From Candidatus Omnitrophota bacterium (GTDB lineage Bacteria; Omnitrophota; Gorgyraeia; 2-02-FULL-51-18): a DNA stretch of 64,000 nucleotides. Each line of letters begins with the position of its first letter. The first letter of the stretch is position 1. The stretch spans positions 13,256 to 77,255 of the forward strand of contig JACQQX010000016.1 of assembly GCA_016206805.1 (NCBI GenBank), read 5' to 3'. The position numbers and the translations under genes are program-made. Positions 45,616 to 55,949 of this stretch are shown piece by piece. The notes below the pieces were generated by a model that saw only the letters and a list, made by a program, of their open reading frames with translations, was not told where the DNA came from and did not search any database.

Positions 45616-46649
45616 AGAATCGTCCTTTTGATCGCCGTATCCAGGTCTACTGTGATTTCCAAACCCAAAGAATTTTGCGCCAGTGAAATATCCGGCACTA
45701 AACGCGAGCGCTGGGCCTTGCCGGGCGGCAAAAGGTGGGAGGCGATGCGCGGCTTATCGGGAAAAAGATCCGCGATTTTTTCAGCCAGCGCCAAAAGCGT
45801 CACCCCTTCCGGGCTGCCCACATTGTAATTTTGCCCAGGAACGCCATCAGTGAGAATGCGCAACAGCCAGAACGCCATGTCGCTGGGATACATATAACTC
45901 CGCACTGTTTGTCCGTCGCCGAGAATCCTGATGGCTCCCCCTAAAAGCGCGTCGCGCATGAAGTTATTGACCGCCCATGGCCTGTCCAGCATCTGATAGG
46001 GTCCGATAAAAGCAAAAGGCCGTGCGCACACCAGCGGCAAACGGTGCTGGCTACGGTAAACCGTGCAAAGGGTCTCCGCAAAACGCTTGGCTTCGGCGTA
46101 AGAGGACATCACAGAAGCGCAGTCAAGATTTCCAAAAAATCCTTCAGAAATTTTTTCAAGGTTATCCGGTTGATTCCCATAGATACTGGCAGAGCTGACA
46201 TTCAGCATCTTTTTGAGATTGGGCAAGCGTGTGGCGCAATCCAAAACAGCGGCAGTGCCGCGAGTGATCACTTCTATTCCCCTCAAAGGCTCAGAAGCAT
46301 AAACACGATTATCCGGATTACCGGCGGCATGGATAATCCAGGAAACTTCCTGCGGGATTTCCATCAAACCCCGGATATCACGCTCGATCAGCGTCACATC
46401 AGGCCGGACAGCGATATGCGGCGCGCGGGCGCTGAGATTATTGGCCCGACCAGACAAAAGAAAAAGTTTCGTGCCGAAACCGAAGTGGTCATTGAGAGTC
46501 GCGATCATTTCCGCCAGCCATGTCCCCATAAATCCGGTGCCGCCGGTGATGAGAACGGTTTCACCTTTCAGGGCGCCTAGCACCTCCGGGCGCTTTAACG
46601 CGTTCCGGCAATCTTCCTGCACAATATCCATCACGTAAGATGATTTCAT
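45564..46649 (-). CDS. NAD-dependent epimerase/dehydratase (extended SDR) acting on a nucleotide sugar
   Basis: VLITGGTGFMGTWLAEM Rossmann motif and an SxnYxxxK-type catalytic region (SSASIYG). Paralogous to 50335..51306. Confidence 0.65.
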   Translation of the reverse strand: MKSSYVMDIVQEDCRNALKRPEVLGALKGETVLITGGTGFMGTWLAEMIATLNDHFGFGTKLFLLSGRANNLSARAPHIAVRPDVTLIERDIRGLMEIPQEVSWIIHAAGNPDNRVYASEPLRGIEVITRGTAAVLDCATRLPNLKKMLNVSSASIYGNQPDNLEKISEGFFGNLDCASVMSSYAEAKRFAETLCTVYRSQHRLPLVCARPFAFIGPYQMLDRPWAVNNFMRDALLGGAIRILGDGQTVRSYMYPSDMAFWLLRILTDGVPGQNYNVGSPEGVTLLALAEKIADLFPDKPRIASHLLPPGKAQRSRLVPDISLAQNSLGLEITVDLDTAIKRTILWNQAQQKLTKAGESKR

Positions 46650-47662
46650 CGGCTAACCTTTTTACCGGCAAGGTCCATCGCCACTTCAATAATCAAGTCT
46701 TCTTGCCCAGCCACAACCTTACGACGGCCCAATTCAAAAAAAAGATCCCGGGGATCCACGCCATACTCCTTGGACGCGCGCTCAACATGTTTGGAAAACC
46801 CGGAAAATACTCCGGCCAGGCCGCTGACGATGCTAATGGATTGAATAGCGGGAATAACTTTCATGATCTCCCGCTCAGCGATCTCGGCGGCATCCAAAAG
46901 TTTATAAAAATCAATCCCTGTCGAGTAGCCCATTTTATCCAGAACCGCGATGAGCACTTCCAGCTGCGTATTTCCGGCGCCCGCCCCGAAACCGCGCACC
47001 GTGCCGTCCAGTATCGTCGCGCCCGCTTCAGCGGCCGCCACGGAATTAGCCACAGCCATACCCAGGTTATTATGCCCATGAAAACCCACCGGAATATTGA
47101 GTGCTTTGACGAGCTCCGCGATCCGTTCCGTCACATCCGACGGGAGATAAGCGCCGGCCGAGTCCATGATAATAATGCCTTCGGCGCCATAGGACTCCAT
47201 CTTGAGCGACTCTTCAGCCAAAGTTTCCTTGGAAACCATATGCGACATCATCAAAACGCCATATACTTCTTTTCCACGTTCGCGCACGTAACCAATGTGA
47301 CGGCGCGTGACGTCCGCTTCGGTGCAATGCGCGCCGACTCGAAACACATCCACGCCCACTTCGACCGCTTTTTCAATATCTTTGCGTATCGTCGCGAAAC
47401 CCGGCATCACATGGACACCCAATTTCGAACGCACCAGCTTCCTTCGCGCGGCCTTGAGCATTTCCATGTCACCGACGGCGCTCTCGCCCACCTGAAGAGA
47501 AGACGCGCCCAGCCCATTCCCATGCCCCACCTCGACAATGGGGATTTGAGCGGCTTCCGCGGCTTCGGCGTACCGCGCGATTTGTTCGGCGGTCAGCTGA
47601 TGCTTGACGGCGTGGTTACCGTCGCGGAGCGTGGGATCGCTGATCAGTATCTTTTTTTTCAT
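46646..47662 (-). CDS. 4-hydroxy-2-oxovalerate aldolase-like (DmpG/MhpE/BphI family, HMGL-like class II pyruvate aldolase)
   Basis: MKKKILISDPTLRDGNHAVKH, VEVGHGNGLGASS and GFHGHNNLGMAVANSVAA match DmpG. The start was verified as the ATG at 47660..47662. Confidence 0.8.
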   Translation of the reverse strand: MKKKILISDPTLRDGNHAVKHQLTAEQIARYAEAAEAAQIPIVEVGHGNGLGASSLQVGESAVGDMEMLKAARRKLVRSKLGVHVMPGFATIRKDIEKAVEVGVDVFRVGAHCTEADVTRRHIGYVRERGKEVYGVLMMSHMVSKETLAEESLKMESYGAEGIIIMDSAGAYLPSDVTERIAELVKALNIPVGFHGHNNLGMAVANSVAAAEAGATILDGTVRGFGAGAGNTQLEVLIAVLDKMGYSTGIDFYKLLDAAEIAEREIMKVIPAIQSISIVSGLAGVFSGFSKHVERASKEYGVDPRDLFFELGRRKVVAGQEDLIIEVAMDLAGKKVSR

Positions 47663-48521
47663 TTTTATTCGCGAAAGCTTCGGCGGTCGCGATGGCCGCG
47701 CAGTTGATGATATCCAGATTTCCCGCGTAACGCGGCAAATAATCGCCAAGCCCCTGAACTTTGACCATGATGACAATGCGGTTATTTTCATAAACAGGGC
47801 CGGCGAGAAGCCGGTAGCCCGGAACATAGGCTTGGATCTTGGCGACTATCGCTTTGACTTCGCGGTCAAGCGCCTCAAGATTCGGCTGTTTTACTTTTGC
47901 GAAAAGCGTGGTTTGCATGTCAATGCAAGGCACGGCGGGATTTTGAATCAGAATGGTTTTAGTTTTCGCGCAGCCTGAAAAAAATGCCAACGCGTCTTCG
48001 GTAGTTTCAACATATTCATCGATATTCAACCGTGTGGCGGGACCGGAGCTGCGAGAAGCGATGCTCGAAACCACTTCCACATAATCCACCTCATGCGTTC
48101 TACCCAAAGCGTGCGCCAGCGGGATCGAAGCCTGGCCGCCACAAGTGACCATGTTGACATTGCGCTGGTCCAAACATGGGTCAAGATTGATCGCCGGGAT
48201 GCACATGGTGCCGATTTTGGACGGCGTCATATCGATCACGATTTTTCCAAGGCTTTGTAGAACAGACCAATGATGGCGATGATCGATGGCGGATGTAGCG
48301 TCGAAGACCAGATCACAAGAGTCTGGCTCGCTGCGAATGGCTTCTATGCCCCGGTCCGAGATTTTTACCCCTAAGCTATTGGCTCGAGTCATGCCGGGCG
48401 AGGAAAGATTGCGGCCGATGAAAGCAGCGCATTCCAAGACCGGGGAACGCAGGGTCTTGATTAAAAGATCAGTGCCGATATTGCCGCTACCCAGAATCGC
48501 AACTTTGAGCTTTTTCATCAT
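47616..48521 (-). CDS. Acetaldehyde dehydrogenase (acetylating) (DmpF/MhpF/BphJ family)
   Basis: MKKLKVAILGSGNIGTDLLIK N-terminus and MVTCGGQASIP with the catalytic Cys are typical of DmpF. Confidence 0.8.
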   Translation of the reverse strand: MMKKLKVAILGSGNIGTDLLIKTLRSPVLECAAFIGRNLSSPGMTRANSLGVKISDRGIEAIRSEPDSCDLVFDATSAIDHRHHWSVLQSLGKIVIDMTPSKIGTMCIPAINLDPCLDQRNVNMVTCGGQASIPLAHALGRTHEVDYVEVVSSIASRSSGPATRLNIDEYVETTEDALAFFSGCAKTKTILIQNPAVPCIDMQTTLFAKVKQPNLEALDREVKAIVAKIQAYVPGYRLLAGPVYENNRIVIMVKVQGLGDYLPRYAGNLDIINCAAIATAEAFANKNEKKDTDQRSHAPRR

Positions 48522-50338
48522 TCCACCTTGATTTGCGCTGATTTTGGATGAAGGCCAATCAACATATTATCTTTAAGCTCTTGTCTGGGCAATAGCGGCG
48601 ACAGATCTTCCAGCGGAGGCGAAACAAGCGTCCCATCCGCCTGGGGAGCCAGCGAGAGCTTGGGCACAAAAGGCTGCTCCGGATGCATGAACACTTCGCA
48701 AATCAGAGGTCCTTTTTCTTTTTGAATTCCCGGAATCACACGCTCAAAATCCGGCCACGTGCGGATTTGAAAAGCCGTCATGTCGAATGCCTTGGCTAAT
48801 TTAGTAAAGTCGGGACATGAAATGCCGGATTTTTGGTCCGTCCCGGCATAATGACCTTTAAAAAGGGCTTTCTGCGTGTGCTTGATCATCAAATAACCAT
48901 CATTATTGAAAATAATGATTTTGATAGGAAGCTTATGATGAGCGATGGTTTGCAGCTCCTGCAAATTCATCATCATCCCGCCGTCGCAGTTCAGACAAAG
49001 CACTTCGCTTTTATTTTTGGCAAAGGACGCTCCGATAGCGCCGGGCAGACCAAAACCCATTTCCCCCAGCCCTGTCGAAGTAATGAGGCGCTGCCCCTCT
49101 TTTATCTTGAGCGCCTGATGCCCGGACAAAAGCGCGGTCCCCATATCCGTGACGACGATTTGATCCGGTTTCAAATGATTCGACAGCTTGTCCATGAAGG
49201 GGTAGGAATTTAAAAACCCGTTCTCATCGCGATGTTCCGACCCGACCCAGGGATATTTTGTTCGATAGCGGTTGCACGTTTTGATCCATTCATCAAAAAC
49301 TGGCGGCGAACGCTTACTCGCCTGATCCAGCAGCGAATCCAGAAATACATCCGCGGAAGCGCAAATCGGCAGATCCACCCGATTGCCCAGTTTCCGGGTT
49401 TCGGACTCCTCCACATCCACCATCACTATTTTGGCGGCGCGGGCAAACTCACTTAAGTCATAGCCTACTTGAGGAATGGCCAGGCGCGTGCCGATAGTCA
49501 AAAGAAAATCGCAATTCTGCAAAATAAAATTGGCCGATCGCTGCCCATAAACACCGGCACGCCCAAACACCAACGGATGGCCTGAGTCCACGATATCGAT
49601 ACCCGCCCAAGACACCAGCGTCGGCACACGCAAATTTTCTAAAAGCGTTTTAACTCGCGAAACAGCGTTGGCATGGCGGATACCAATCCCGAGCCAAAGC
49701 AACGGGCGTTTGGCTTGAGATAAAAGATCCAGCGTCTGACGGACCTGCTCCTCCAAATCGGTATTTTGGGAAGGCGAGGACGAGACTTTCCACTGTTCAT
49801 AATCTTTTTCTTCGACGGCCATAGACTGGATATTCATGGGAATATCAATCCAACAAGGACCGGGGCGGCCGGAACGCGCGATCGCATAAGCTTTTTCCAG
49901 CTCCGCGTCCACCTGCCGAGGATCCATAACACGATGGGCGTATTTGGTGACCTTGCGCACCATTTCCACGCTGTCATAGCCCTGGACGCCCCAAACGCGC
50001 AACGGATTTTCCGGTGTCGTGTATTTGGAGTTTTCATTTCCTGAAATGATAAGGCCCGGCATCGAATCCATCCAGGCGCCGACGACGCCCGTGACTCCGT
50101 TGGAGGAACCGCCGCCCGTGGTCAGAATAGCGGCCGTGACTTTGCCTGAAATACGGTAATAAGACTGCATCGCCATCGTCGCGGCCTGTTCATGATGGAC
50201 GCAAATGATTTCTGTGAAACCCAACCGCGCGATCGAATCAAAAATATGGGCATTGCCCGCGCCCACGATGCCGAATACGTGGCGGATGCCATGTCTTTTT
50301 AAAAACTTAGCGATGCGGTCGCTTGCCTTAACACTCAT
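48518..50338 (-). CDS. Thiamine-diphosphate-dependent enzyme, acetolactate-synthase-large-subunit-like (YerE-like candidate)
   Basis: Three-domain ThDP enzyme: N-terminal Pyr domain (HVFGIVGAGNAHIFDSI...VHHEQAATMAMQSY...GVVGAWMDSMPGLIISG), a middle domain, and a C-terminal PP domain with a GDG-x24-NN-type ThDP motif (NCDGGMMMNLQELQT...IIIFNNDGY). Confidence 0.8.
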   Translation of the reverse strand: MSVKASDRIAKFLKRHGIRHVFGIVGAGNAHIFDSIARLGFTEIICVHHEQAATMAMQSYYRISGKVTAAILTTGGGSSNGVTGVVGAWMDSMPGLIISGNENSKYTTPENPLRVWGVQGYDSVEMVRKVTKYAHRVMDPRQVDAELEKAYAIARSGRPGPCWIDIPMNIQSMAVEEKDYEQWKVSSSPSQNTDLEEQVRQTLDLLSQAKRPLLWLGIGIRHANAVSRVKTLLENLRVPTLVSWAGIDIVDSGHPLVFGRAGVYGQRSANFILQNCDFLLTIGTRLAIPQVGYDLSEFARAAKIVMVDVEESETRKLGNRVDLPICASADVFLDSLLDQASKRSPPVFDEWIKTCNRYRTKYPWVGSEHRDENGFLNSYPFMDKLSNHLKPDQIVVTDMGTALLSGHQALKIKEGQRLITSTGLGEMGFGLPGAIGASFAKNKSEVLCLNCDGGMMMNLQELQTIAHHKLPIKIIIFNNDGYLMIKHTQKALFKGHYAGTDQKSGISCPDFTKLAKAFDMTAFQIRTWPDFERVIPGIQKEKGPLICEVFMHPEQPFVPKLSLAPQADGTLVSPPLEDLSPLLPRQELKDNMLIGLHPKSAQIKVE

Positions 50339-51306
50339 GGTCTATGCCAATCCACTGTTTTTCGCACAGCCTCTTCCAAATTAACCGTTTGTTTAAGATT
50401 GAATTGATTTTGCGCGACCCCGATATCCGGCAAATAACGCTTCCCGCCCATGCCCGTCATATTTTGATTTTCCATTTCAATCTTGGGCCGCGGATTGAAT
50501 GCGCCAGCCACCGCCCGCGCGGCCTCAAAAATCGTAGTTGGCTGAGCGGAGCCCACATCCACCGCCTGCCCCGTCTTCGCTTTCAAAAGCACCGTCCAAA
50601 GCCATGCCGCCATATCGGAAGCATACAAATAAGAACGCACCGGCGTTCCATCCCCCTTCACTCGGATCGGACCGCCACTCAACGCGTCGGCGATAAAATT
50701 GCCTATCGCGTAATGCGCATCCAGCGGCAATCGCGGTCCGACAAAGGAAAAGCACCGCGCGATTTTCGCTTGAACGCCTTTGGCGGACGCGTCCTGACAC
50801 ATCCACTCGGCTTCTTTTTTGGCTTCAGCGTAAAGCGAGAGCGGCCCATACACAGCGCCCGAACTCAAAAAAAGAAATCGGACGTTCTCCTGCAGGGCCG
50901 CAAACTCCAAAACCTGGCGGGTTCCCTCAACCATCGTATCCGCCTGATCCGGTTGAGCGGCCGCGTGAATCACATGCGAAAAGCGGCCCTGGGGAAATTT
51001 AAAATCACGCACATCGCCCACAATCCACTCAACAACACTGGAAGAAACTTTCCCGGGGCCTCGTGTCAAACAAACCGCGTGAGCGCCCAAATGCATCGCA
51101 TGGTTGGCATGCAAAAAACTTTCCAGAAGCCATGAGCCGATAAAACCGCCGGCGCCCGTAAAAAAAACTGTTTTACCGCGAAGCTCATCCCACAAATCCT
51201 TCGTCGAATCTAAAACCGCGTCCAGGTCTTTAACGGGCAGAGACAAACTCATGGAAAGAACCGATAATAAAATCCAGCATGGGCCGGGTGAGTCCCGGAT
51301 AAACAC
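50335..51306 (-). CDS. NAD(P)-dependent epimerase/dehydratase-family reductase (candidate 4-keto/branch reductase of the dideoxyhexose pathway)
   Basis: [20 protein letters not shown] Rossmann motif, with SSGAVYGP and a YAEAK catalytic Y-x3-K. Alternative start M19 (51252). Confidence 0.65.
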   Translation of the reverse strand: MFIRDSPGPCWILLSVLSMSLSLPVKDLDAVLDSTKDLWDELRGKTVFFTGAGGFIGSWLLESFLHANHAMHLGAHAVCLTRGPGKVSSSVVEWIVGDVRDFKFPQGRFSHVIHAAAQPDQADTMVEGTRQVLEFAALQENVRFLFLSSGAVYGPLSLYAEAKKEAEWMCQDASAKGVQAKIARCFSFVGPRLPLDAHYAIGNFIADALSGGPIRVKGDGTPVRSYLYASDMAAWLWTVLLKAKTGQAVDVGSAQPTTIFEAARAVAGAFNPRPKIEMENQNMTGMGGKRYLPDIGVAQNQFNLKQTVNLEEAVRKTVDWHRP

Positions 51307-52546
51307 CTATCCAGAACGACCGGTTCATCACAAAGTCGGACCGGTTCAAATCACTGGCTTGACGGTAACGGACATCCGCGTACGCGGGCTGTTTGGTGAG
51401 GTTTCCCCCAAAAACAAGACGGGCGTGAATGGCGTTTTTTTCCAAATGGGCGATGATTTCATTGCGTGAAAAAGGAGCTTTTTCTCGGACAGAAATAGGA
51501 AAACCAAACCAACTGGGCTCACTGCCGGCAGTGGCTTCCGGCAAAATAAAAAAATCTTCCAGGTCCTTCAGGCCCTGGTAAAGGATTTTGAAATTCTCTT
51601 TCCTTTTTTCGACAAAAGACGGAAGTTTTTTGAGTTGGGAAACGCCCACCGCGGCCTGCATGTCGGTGGCTTTCAAGTTATAGCCCACATGGGAATACGT
51701 GTACTTATGATCGAAACCCTTCGGAAGCTGCCCCAACTGCCAGTTAAAACGCCTGCCGCAGGTATTGTCCTTGCCCGGATCGCACCAACAGTCCCTGCCC
51801 CAATCCCGGAAAGACTCGACGATCACTTTAAGTTTCCCGTCCGATGTGAGCACAGCGCCCCCCTCTCCCATCGTGATGTGATGCGCCGGATAAAAACTCG
51901 TTGTCGCCAGATCCCCAAAAGACCCGACTTTTTTTCCTTTATAAAGCGACCCTACCGCGTCACAACAGTCTTCAATCAGCCAAAAGCCGTAACGCTTGGC
52001 AAAATCCGTCACCGCGTCCAAATCAAACGGATTGCCCAGCGTATGCGAAACGATAATGGCCCGCGTGCGCGGCGAAAGCGCGGCGTCTAACCACGAAGGA
52101 TCCAGGTTATAAGTCGGCAAGGAAATATCGATAAAAACCGGCACAAGATTATTTTGGATGATGGGATTGACTGTCGTTGGAAAGCCGGCGGCGACGGTGA
52201 TCACTTCGTCACCCGGCTTAACCTGCCGGGCGCCAAGCTTGGGCGAAGTGATCGCGGAAACAGCCAAAAGATTGGCCGAAGAACCGGAATTGGTCAAAAG
52301 CGCATGACGCACCCCGATAAAATCCGCAAATTCTTTTTCGAATTGTTTGGCAAACCGGCCCGTCGTCAGCCAAAAATCCAGTGACGCGTCGACCAATGAA
52401 TTTAAATCTTCGGAATCAAATACCTTCCCGGAAGCGGGAATCGGGGTTTTGCCGGGAACAAAAGACGGCGGGGAAAAAGAAAGCGCGTGATACTTTTCCA
52501 CCAGCCCAAAAATTTCCTTACGCAGCTGAGCGCCGGGCAAGGTCAT
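51230..52546 (-). CDS. ddhC: CDP-4-keto-6-deoxy-D-glucose-3-dehydrase (E1; DdhC/RfbH/AscC)
   Basis: A near full-length match to the RfbH pattern ([20 protein letters not shown]...[34 protein letters not shown]...[27 protein letters not shown]...HTLGNPFD); the [2Fe-2S]-ligating Cys residues [15 protein letters not shown] are present. Confidence 0.85.
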   Translation of the reverse strand: MTLPGAQLRKEIFGLVEKYHALSFSPPSFVPGKTPIPASGKVFDSEDLNSLVDASLDFWLTTGRFAKQFEKEFADFIGVRHALLTNSGSSANLLAVSAITSPKLGARQVKPGDEVITVAAGFPTTVNPIIQNNLVPVFIDISLPTYNLDPSWLDAALSPRTRAIIVSHTLGNPFDLDAVTDFAKRYGFWLIEDCCDAVGSLYKGKKVGSFGDLATTSFYPAHHITMGEGGAVLTSDGKLKVIVESFRDWGRDCWCDPGKDNTCGRRFNWQLGQLPKGFDHKYTYSHVGYNLKATDMQAAVGVSQLKKLPSFVEKRKENFKILYQGLKDLEDFFILPEATAGSEPSWFGFPISVREKAPFSRNEIIAHLEKNAIHARLVFGGNLTKQPAYADVRYRQASDLNRSDFVMNRSFWIGVYPGLTRPMLDFIIGSFHEFVSAR

Positions 52547-53559
52547 GAATTAAAAAAATCGCGGTACCAGCCGATGGTGCGCTCAAGACCCGCGTCCAAC
52601 GTGAAAAGCGGCGCCCACCCGAGGATTTTCCTGGCTTTGGCCGCGCTCAAATACTGGTGACGGATTTCATGTTTGGCCTCATTGCGGATATCCGGCTTGA
52701 GCTTCGAATCCATCAGCTTCAAGATACGCTCGACAATTTCCCGGACGGTGGTCTGCTCTTCATTGGAAAAATTAAACGCATGCCCCCTAAGGTCGGGATT
52801 TTTGGCCAGGCGCTCGGCCAACAGCATGTAAGCCGCCGCGCCGTCTTCAATATAAAAATAATCACGGATGAACTTTCCATCAGAACGGATCACAGGCCTT
52901 TCTCCGCGCAACACCGAGCGAACGGACCCTGGCACGATCCGATTCCAGTTCAAGTCCCCGCCGCCATAAAAATTCCCGCAGCGCGTAATCACAACGGGCA
53001 AATCAAAAGTTTCCGCGTAGGACTGCGCGAGAATATCCGTGCAAGCTTTGCTGGCATCGTACGGATGGCGGCCGCCAAGCGGCGTTTCCTCACTGTAGGG
53101 CAATTTTTTCTGCTCGCCATAAGCTTTGTCGGAGGAAGCCACGATCACCTGTTTCACGCGTGGGCTGCGACGGCAGGCTTCAAAGAGGCTCCAGGTGCCG
53201 CCGATATTGGTTTCAAAGGTGGAAACAGGGTTGGCGCTGGCAATACCCACGATGGTCTGAGCGGCCAGATGAAAAACCGTTTCGATTTCATATTCTCCGA
53301 GCACGCGCTCCAAAACCGCCTGATCTCTCACGTCTCCGCGCACAATGGTTGTTTTGTCATTCAGCTTGTCGCGGACAAAAAGACTTTGAGGAACCCAATC
53401 CCTGACCAGAGACACCACATCAGCGCCTTCTTCCACTAAACGCTTGGTCAGCCATCCGCCCGCAAGTCCGGTAGCGCCAGTGATCAAAGTCCGCCGGTCA
53501 CGCCAAAATCCGCTCGGTTTCAATTCCATATCCTCCAAGGCGCTTTTCCGCCCGTCCAA
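52543..53559 (-). CDS. ddhB: CDP-glucose 4,6-dehydratase (DdhB/RfbG)
   Basis: [31 protein letters not shown] and [15 protein letters not shown] (Y-x3-K) match RfbG. Alternative start M11 (53529). Confidence 0.85.
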   Translation of the reverse strand: MDGRKSALEDMELKPSGFWRDRRTLITGATGLAGGWLTKRLVEEGADVVSLVRDWVPQSLFVRDKLNDKTTIVRGDVRDQAVLERVLGEYEIETVFHLAAQTIVGIASANPVSTFETNIGGTWSLFEACRRSPRVKQVIVASSDKAYGEQKKLPYSEETPLGGRHPYDASKACTDILAQSYAETFDLPVVITRCGNFYGGGDLNWNRIVPGSVRSVLRGERPVIRSDGKFIRDYFYIEDGAAAYMLLAERLAKNPDLRGHAFNFSNEEQTTVREIVERILKLMDSKLKPDIRNEAKHEIRHQYLSAAKARKILGWAPLFTLDAGLERTIGWYRDFFNS

Positions 53560-54320
53560 AGCTCATTCAGATAATTGTATTCGCGGTAAGTGTCCATCGC
53601 GTAAAAGAACCCTTCATGCCGATAGGCCATCAACTCCCCCTCACGCGCCAGACGCTCCAGTGGGTCGCGCTCCAAAACACAATCGTCCCCGCCCAGATAT
53701 TTGAAAAAATTCTTATTGAACACCATAAAACCGGCGCTGGCCCAGCCATCCAGCTGCGGCTTTTCGGCAAAGTGTTTAATCCGGCCCTTGCTATCCAGAT
53801 CAACTACTCCAAAACGGGAGACAGGCTTCACGATAGTCACCGTCGCCATTTTTCCATGCGAACGGTGAAACCGAACCAGGTCCTGCACATCCACATCCGA
53901 TACCCCATCCCCATAAGTCACGATAAAAAGATCCGTATCGATATAAGGCTCGCTGCGCTTCACTCTCCCACCCGTCATGGTTTCAAGCCCCGTCTCCACC
54001 AACGTTACCCGGAAATCCTGCTCGGGATGGGCATCGTGATAGGTCACGCGGCTTTGGCGGCCCAGAGAAATTGTAAAATTATTGTTCATGGCCTCGTAAT
54101 TTAAGAAATATTCTTTAATCATATTGCCGCGATAACCCAGGCAAAGCACAAAATCATCTAACCCAAAGTGGGCAAAAGACTTCATGATATGCCACAAAAT
54201 AGGTTTTCCGCCTATTTCAACCAGCGGTTTGGGGCGATATTCGGTTTCTTCCCGCATGCGGGTTCCCTGTCCCCCGCAGAGGATCAGAACCTTGGAGCGA
54301 TTTTTAACTTTTTTAGGCAT
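53520..54320 (-). CDS. ddhA: Glucose-1-phosphate cytidylyltransferase (DdhA/RfbF)
   Basis: [38 protein letters not shown] matches the RfbF signature G-G-x-G-T-R...KP. Confidence 0.85.
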   Translation of the reverse strand: MPKKVKNRSKVLILCGGQGTRMREETEYRPKPLVEIGGKPILWHIMKSFAHFGLDDFVLCLGYRGNMIKEYFLNYEAMNNNFTISLGRQSRVTYHDAHPEQDFRVTLVETGLETMTGGRVKRSEPYIDTDLFIVTYGDGVSDVDVQDLVRFHRSHGKMATVTIVKPVSRFGVVDLDSKGRIKHFAEKPQLDGWASAGFMVFNKNFFKYLGGDDCVLERDPLERLAREGELMAYRHEGFFYAMDTYREYNYLNELWTGGKAPWRIWN

Positions 54321-54335
54321 AAGAGTTGAATTTTA

Positions 54336-55949
54336 TCATAGTTTTTCCCTTAAATCATAGACAAAAACCGAGTGCCCAAGGACATGCGTGGGCCTAGCCC
54401 CGCGAGTCCATTCGAACCCCTCTAGGAAATGGGCGCCAAGCGCGTAAACTGTCTTTTTGGGATTATTAAACTCATCGGGTGTGGCGGAACGGCTAGGAAT
54501 GCCATAATAGGCCGGATCGGCAGATTGATGAAAAGCCAGGACCACTTCCGGGTATTTTTCTTTCTGAACCAGTTCACCCAATAGCTTCATGTCCTGCCCC
54601 CAATCCAGATTAGAGTCCCGAAGCACTTTATAACCATTTTGCGGACCGCCGGCCAGCTGATTGAAATAAGCCAGATGATGAGGAAAGATCCGCAAAGCCT
54701 CAGCCGCATGCCAAACCATGAAAACCACAACCACCGCCTTAAAAAACGCTTTCTTTTTCCATAAATAAGCGCTCACCCCTCCGCCCAAAATAAAAATCAG
54801 CGGGTAAATCGGCAGAAAATAACGAATACCGGCCTGAGCCTTATCCCGGAAAGTGACTAAAAAGAAAAATAGGATGGGGAGAATAAGAATAACTTTGCCA
54901 AGCTTGTCCAAGCCCAACCGCGAAAGAAAAGCCAGGGAAAGAATAAACAGCAAAAGAAGCGGAATGGTATTTTTCACCGCGAAAGCGACTGGATAATAAT
55001 ACCACCATCCCTGCCTTGACCATTCTCCCATCAAAAAAGCACGGGTTCCTTCACCGCGCGTATGCGTCATACCCGCCACCGCCGAAAAAAAGGTCGCCAG
55101 CGGAACGGGCGTCTTCCGCGCAAACTCTACCATGGACTCGCCACCCAACTCCCTGACAAATTCTGTTTTGGCTTCCACGTGGGTGACATGCGACAAAACC
55201 GGCTTCATTTCAAAAAAATAACCGGCCCAAACGGTGAACAAACACACCGATGAAAAAATAATGATGTTTCGGATGGAAAAAAACCGGCCGCGTCCCGTGA
55301 TAATCCCGGCAACCAAAAAAATCGGGAAAAGCAGGATCGCGCTAAATTTGGACAGAAGCGCCAAGCCCGTCAAAACTCCCGTTCGGTAAACCCCCGGAAG
55401 GCCAGGCGTTCGCAGCCACGACGCAAAACTCATCAAAGCCAGAAAAAAGAAAAACGCCACGGCCAGGTCCGCGGTCGCCAGTCCCGAATGGGCCACGATA
55501 TCCGGACAAAAAACATATAACGCTAGGCTCGCCACAGCCGCCCATTCCCCGAAAAATATTTTCGCGAAATAAAAAACAGCCCAGGCGAAAAAAAGCGACA
55601 GGAGGACTATCGGCATACGGGACCAAAAAAGAAAATGCTCCATCCCTTGATTGGAGCGGTAAAAAAGATCCTGCGCGAAAGCGGGACTATCGGCCGCCTC
55701 CCAAGCGGGGCCGGTCGGGAAATTTAATTTCATTATCACCAGCGGCAACGACGATAAAAGCCGCGGGAGAGGTGGCGAAGCCGGGTTCATCCGGAAATCC
55801 CGCCTCATCCAATACGAGTAACCGCTGGAAACGTGATGCGTCAGCTCATCCGCGGTCGGAGACTTGAATCGCATGGCAAAAACCGTTTGCAGAAAAAGAA
55901 CCGTCAGGAGCCCAATGACGGTGAGTCGAATAGACCATTTCGCTTTCAT
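54336..55949 (-). CDS. GT-C-fold membrane glycosyltransferase (ArnT/PMT-like)
   Basis: The first extracytoplasmic loop carries a DE motif (PTADELTHHVSSGYSYW). About 12 hydrophobic helices and a C-terminal soluble domain. Confidence 0.55.
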   Translation of the reverse strand: MKAKWSIRLTVIGLLTVLFLQTVFAMRFKSPTADELTHHVSSGYSYWMRRDFRMNPASPPLPRLLSSLPLVIMKLNFPTGPAWEAADSPAFAQDLFYRSNQGMEHFLFWSRMPIVLLSLFFAWAVFYFAKIFFGEWAAVASLALYVFCPDIVAHSGLATADLAVAFFFFLALMSFASWLRTPGLPGVYRTGVLTGLALLSKFSAILLFPIFLVAGIITGRGRFFSIRNIIIFSSVCLFTVWAGYFFEMKPVLSHVTHVEAKTEFVRELGGESMVEFARKTPVPLATFFSAVAGMTHTRGEGTRAFLMGEWSRQGWWYYYPVAFAVKNTIPLLLLFILSLAFLSRLGLDKLGKVILILPILFFFLVTFRDKAQAGIRYFLPIYPLIFILGGGVSAYLWKKKAFFKAVVVVFMVWHAAEALRIFPHHLAYFNQLAGGPQNGYKVLRDSNLDWGQDMKLLGELVQKEKYPEVVLAFHQSADPAYYGIPSRSATPDEFNNPKKTVYALGAHFLEGFEWTRGARPTHVLGHSVFVYDLREKL

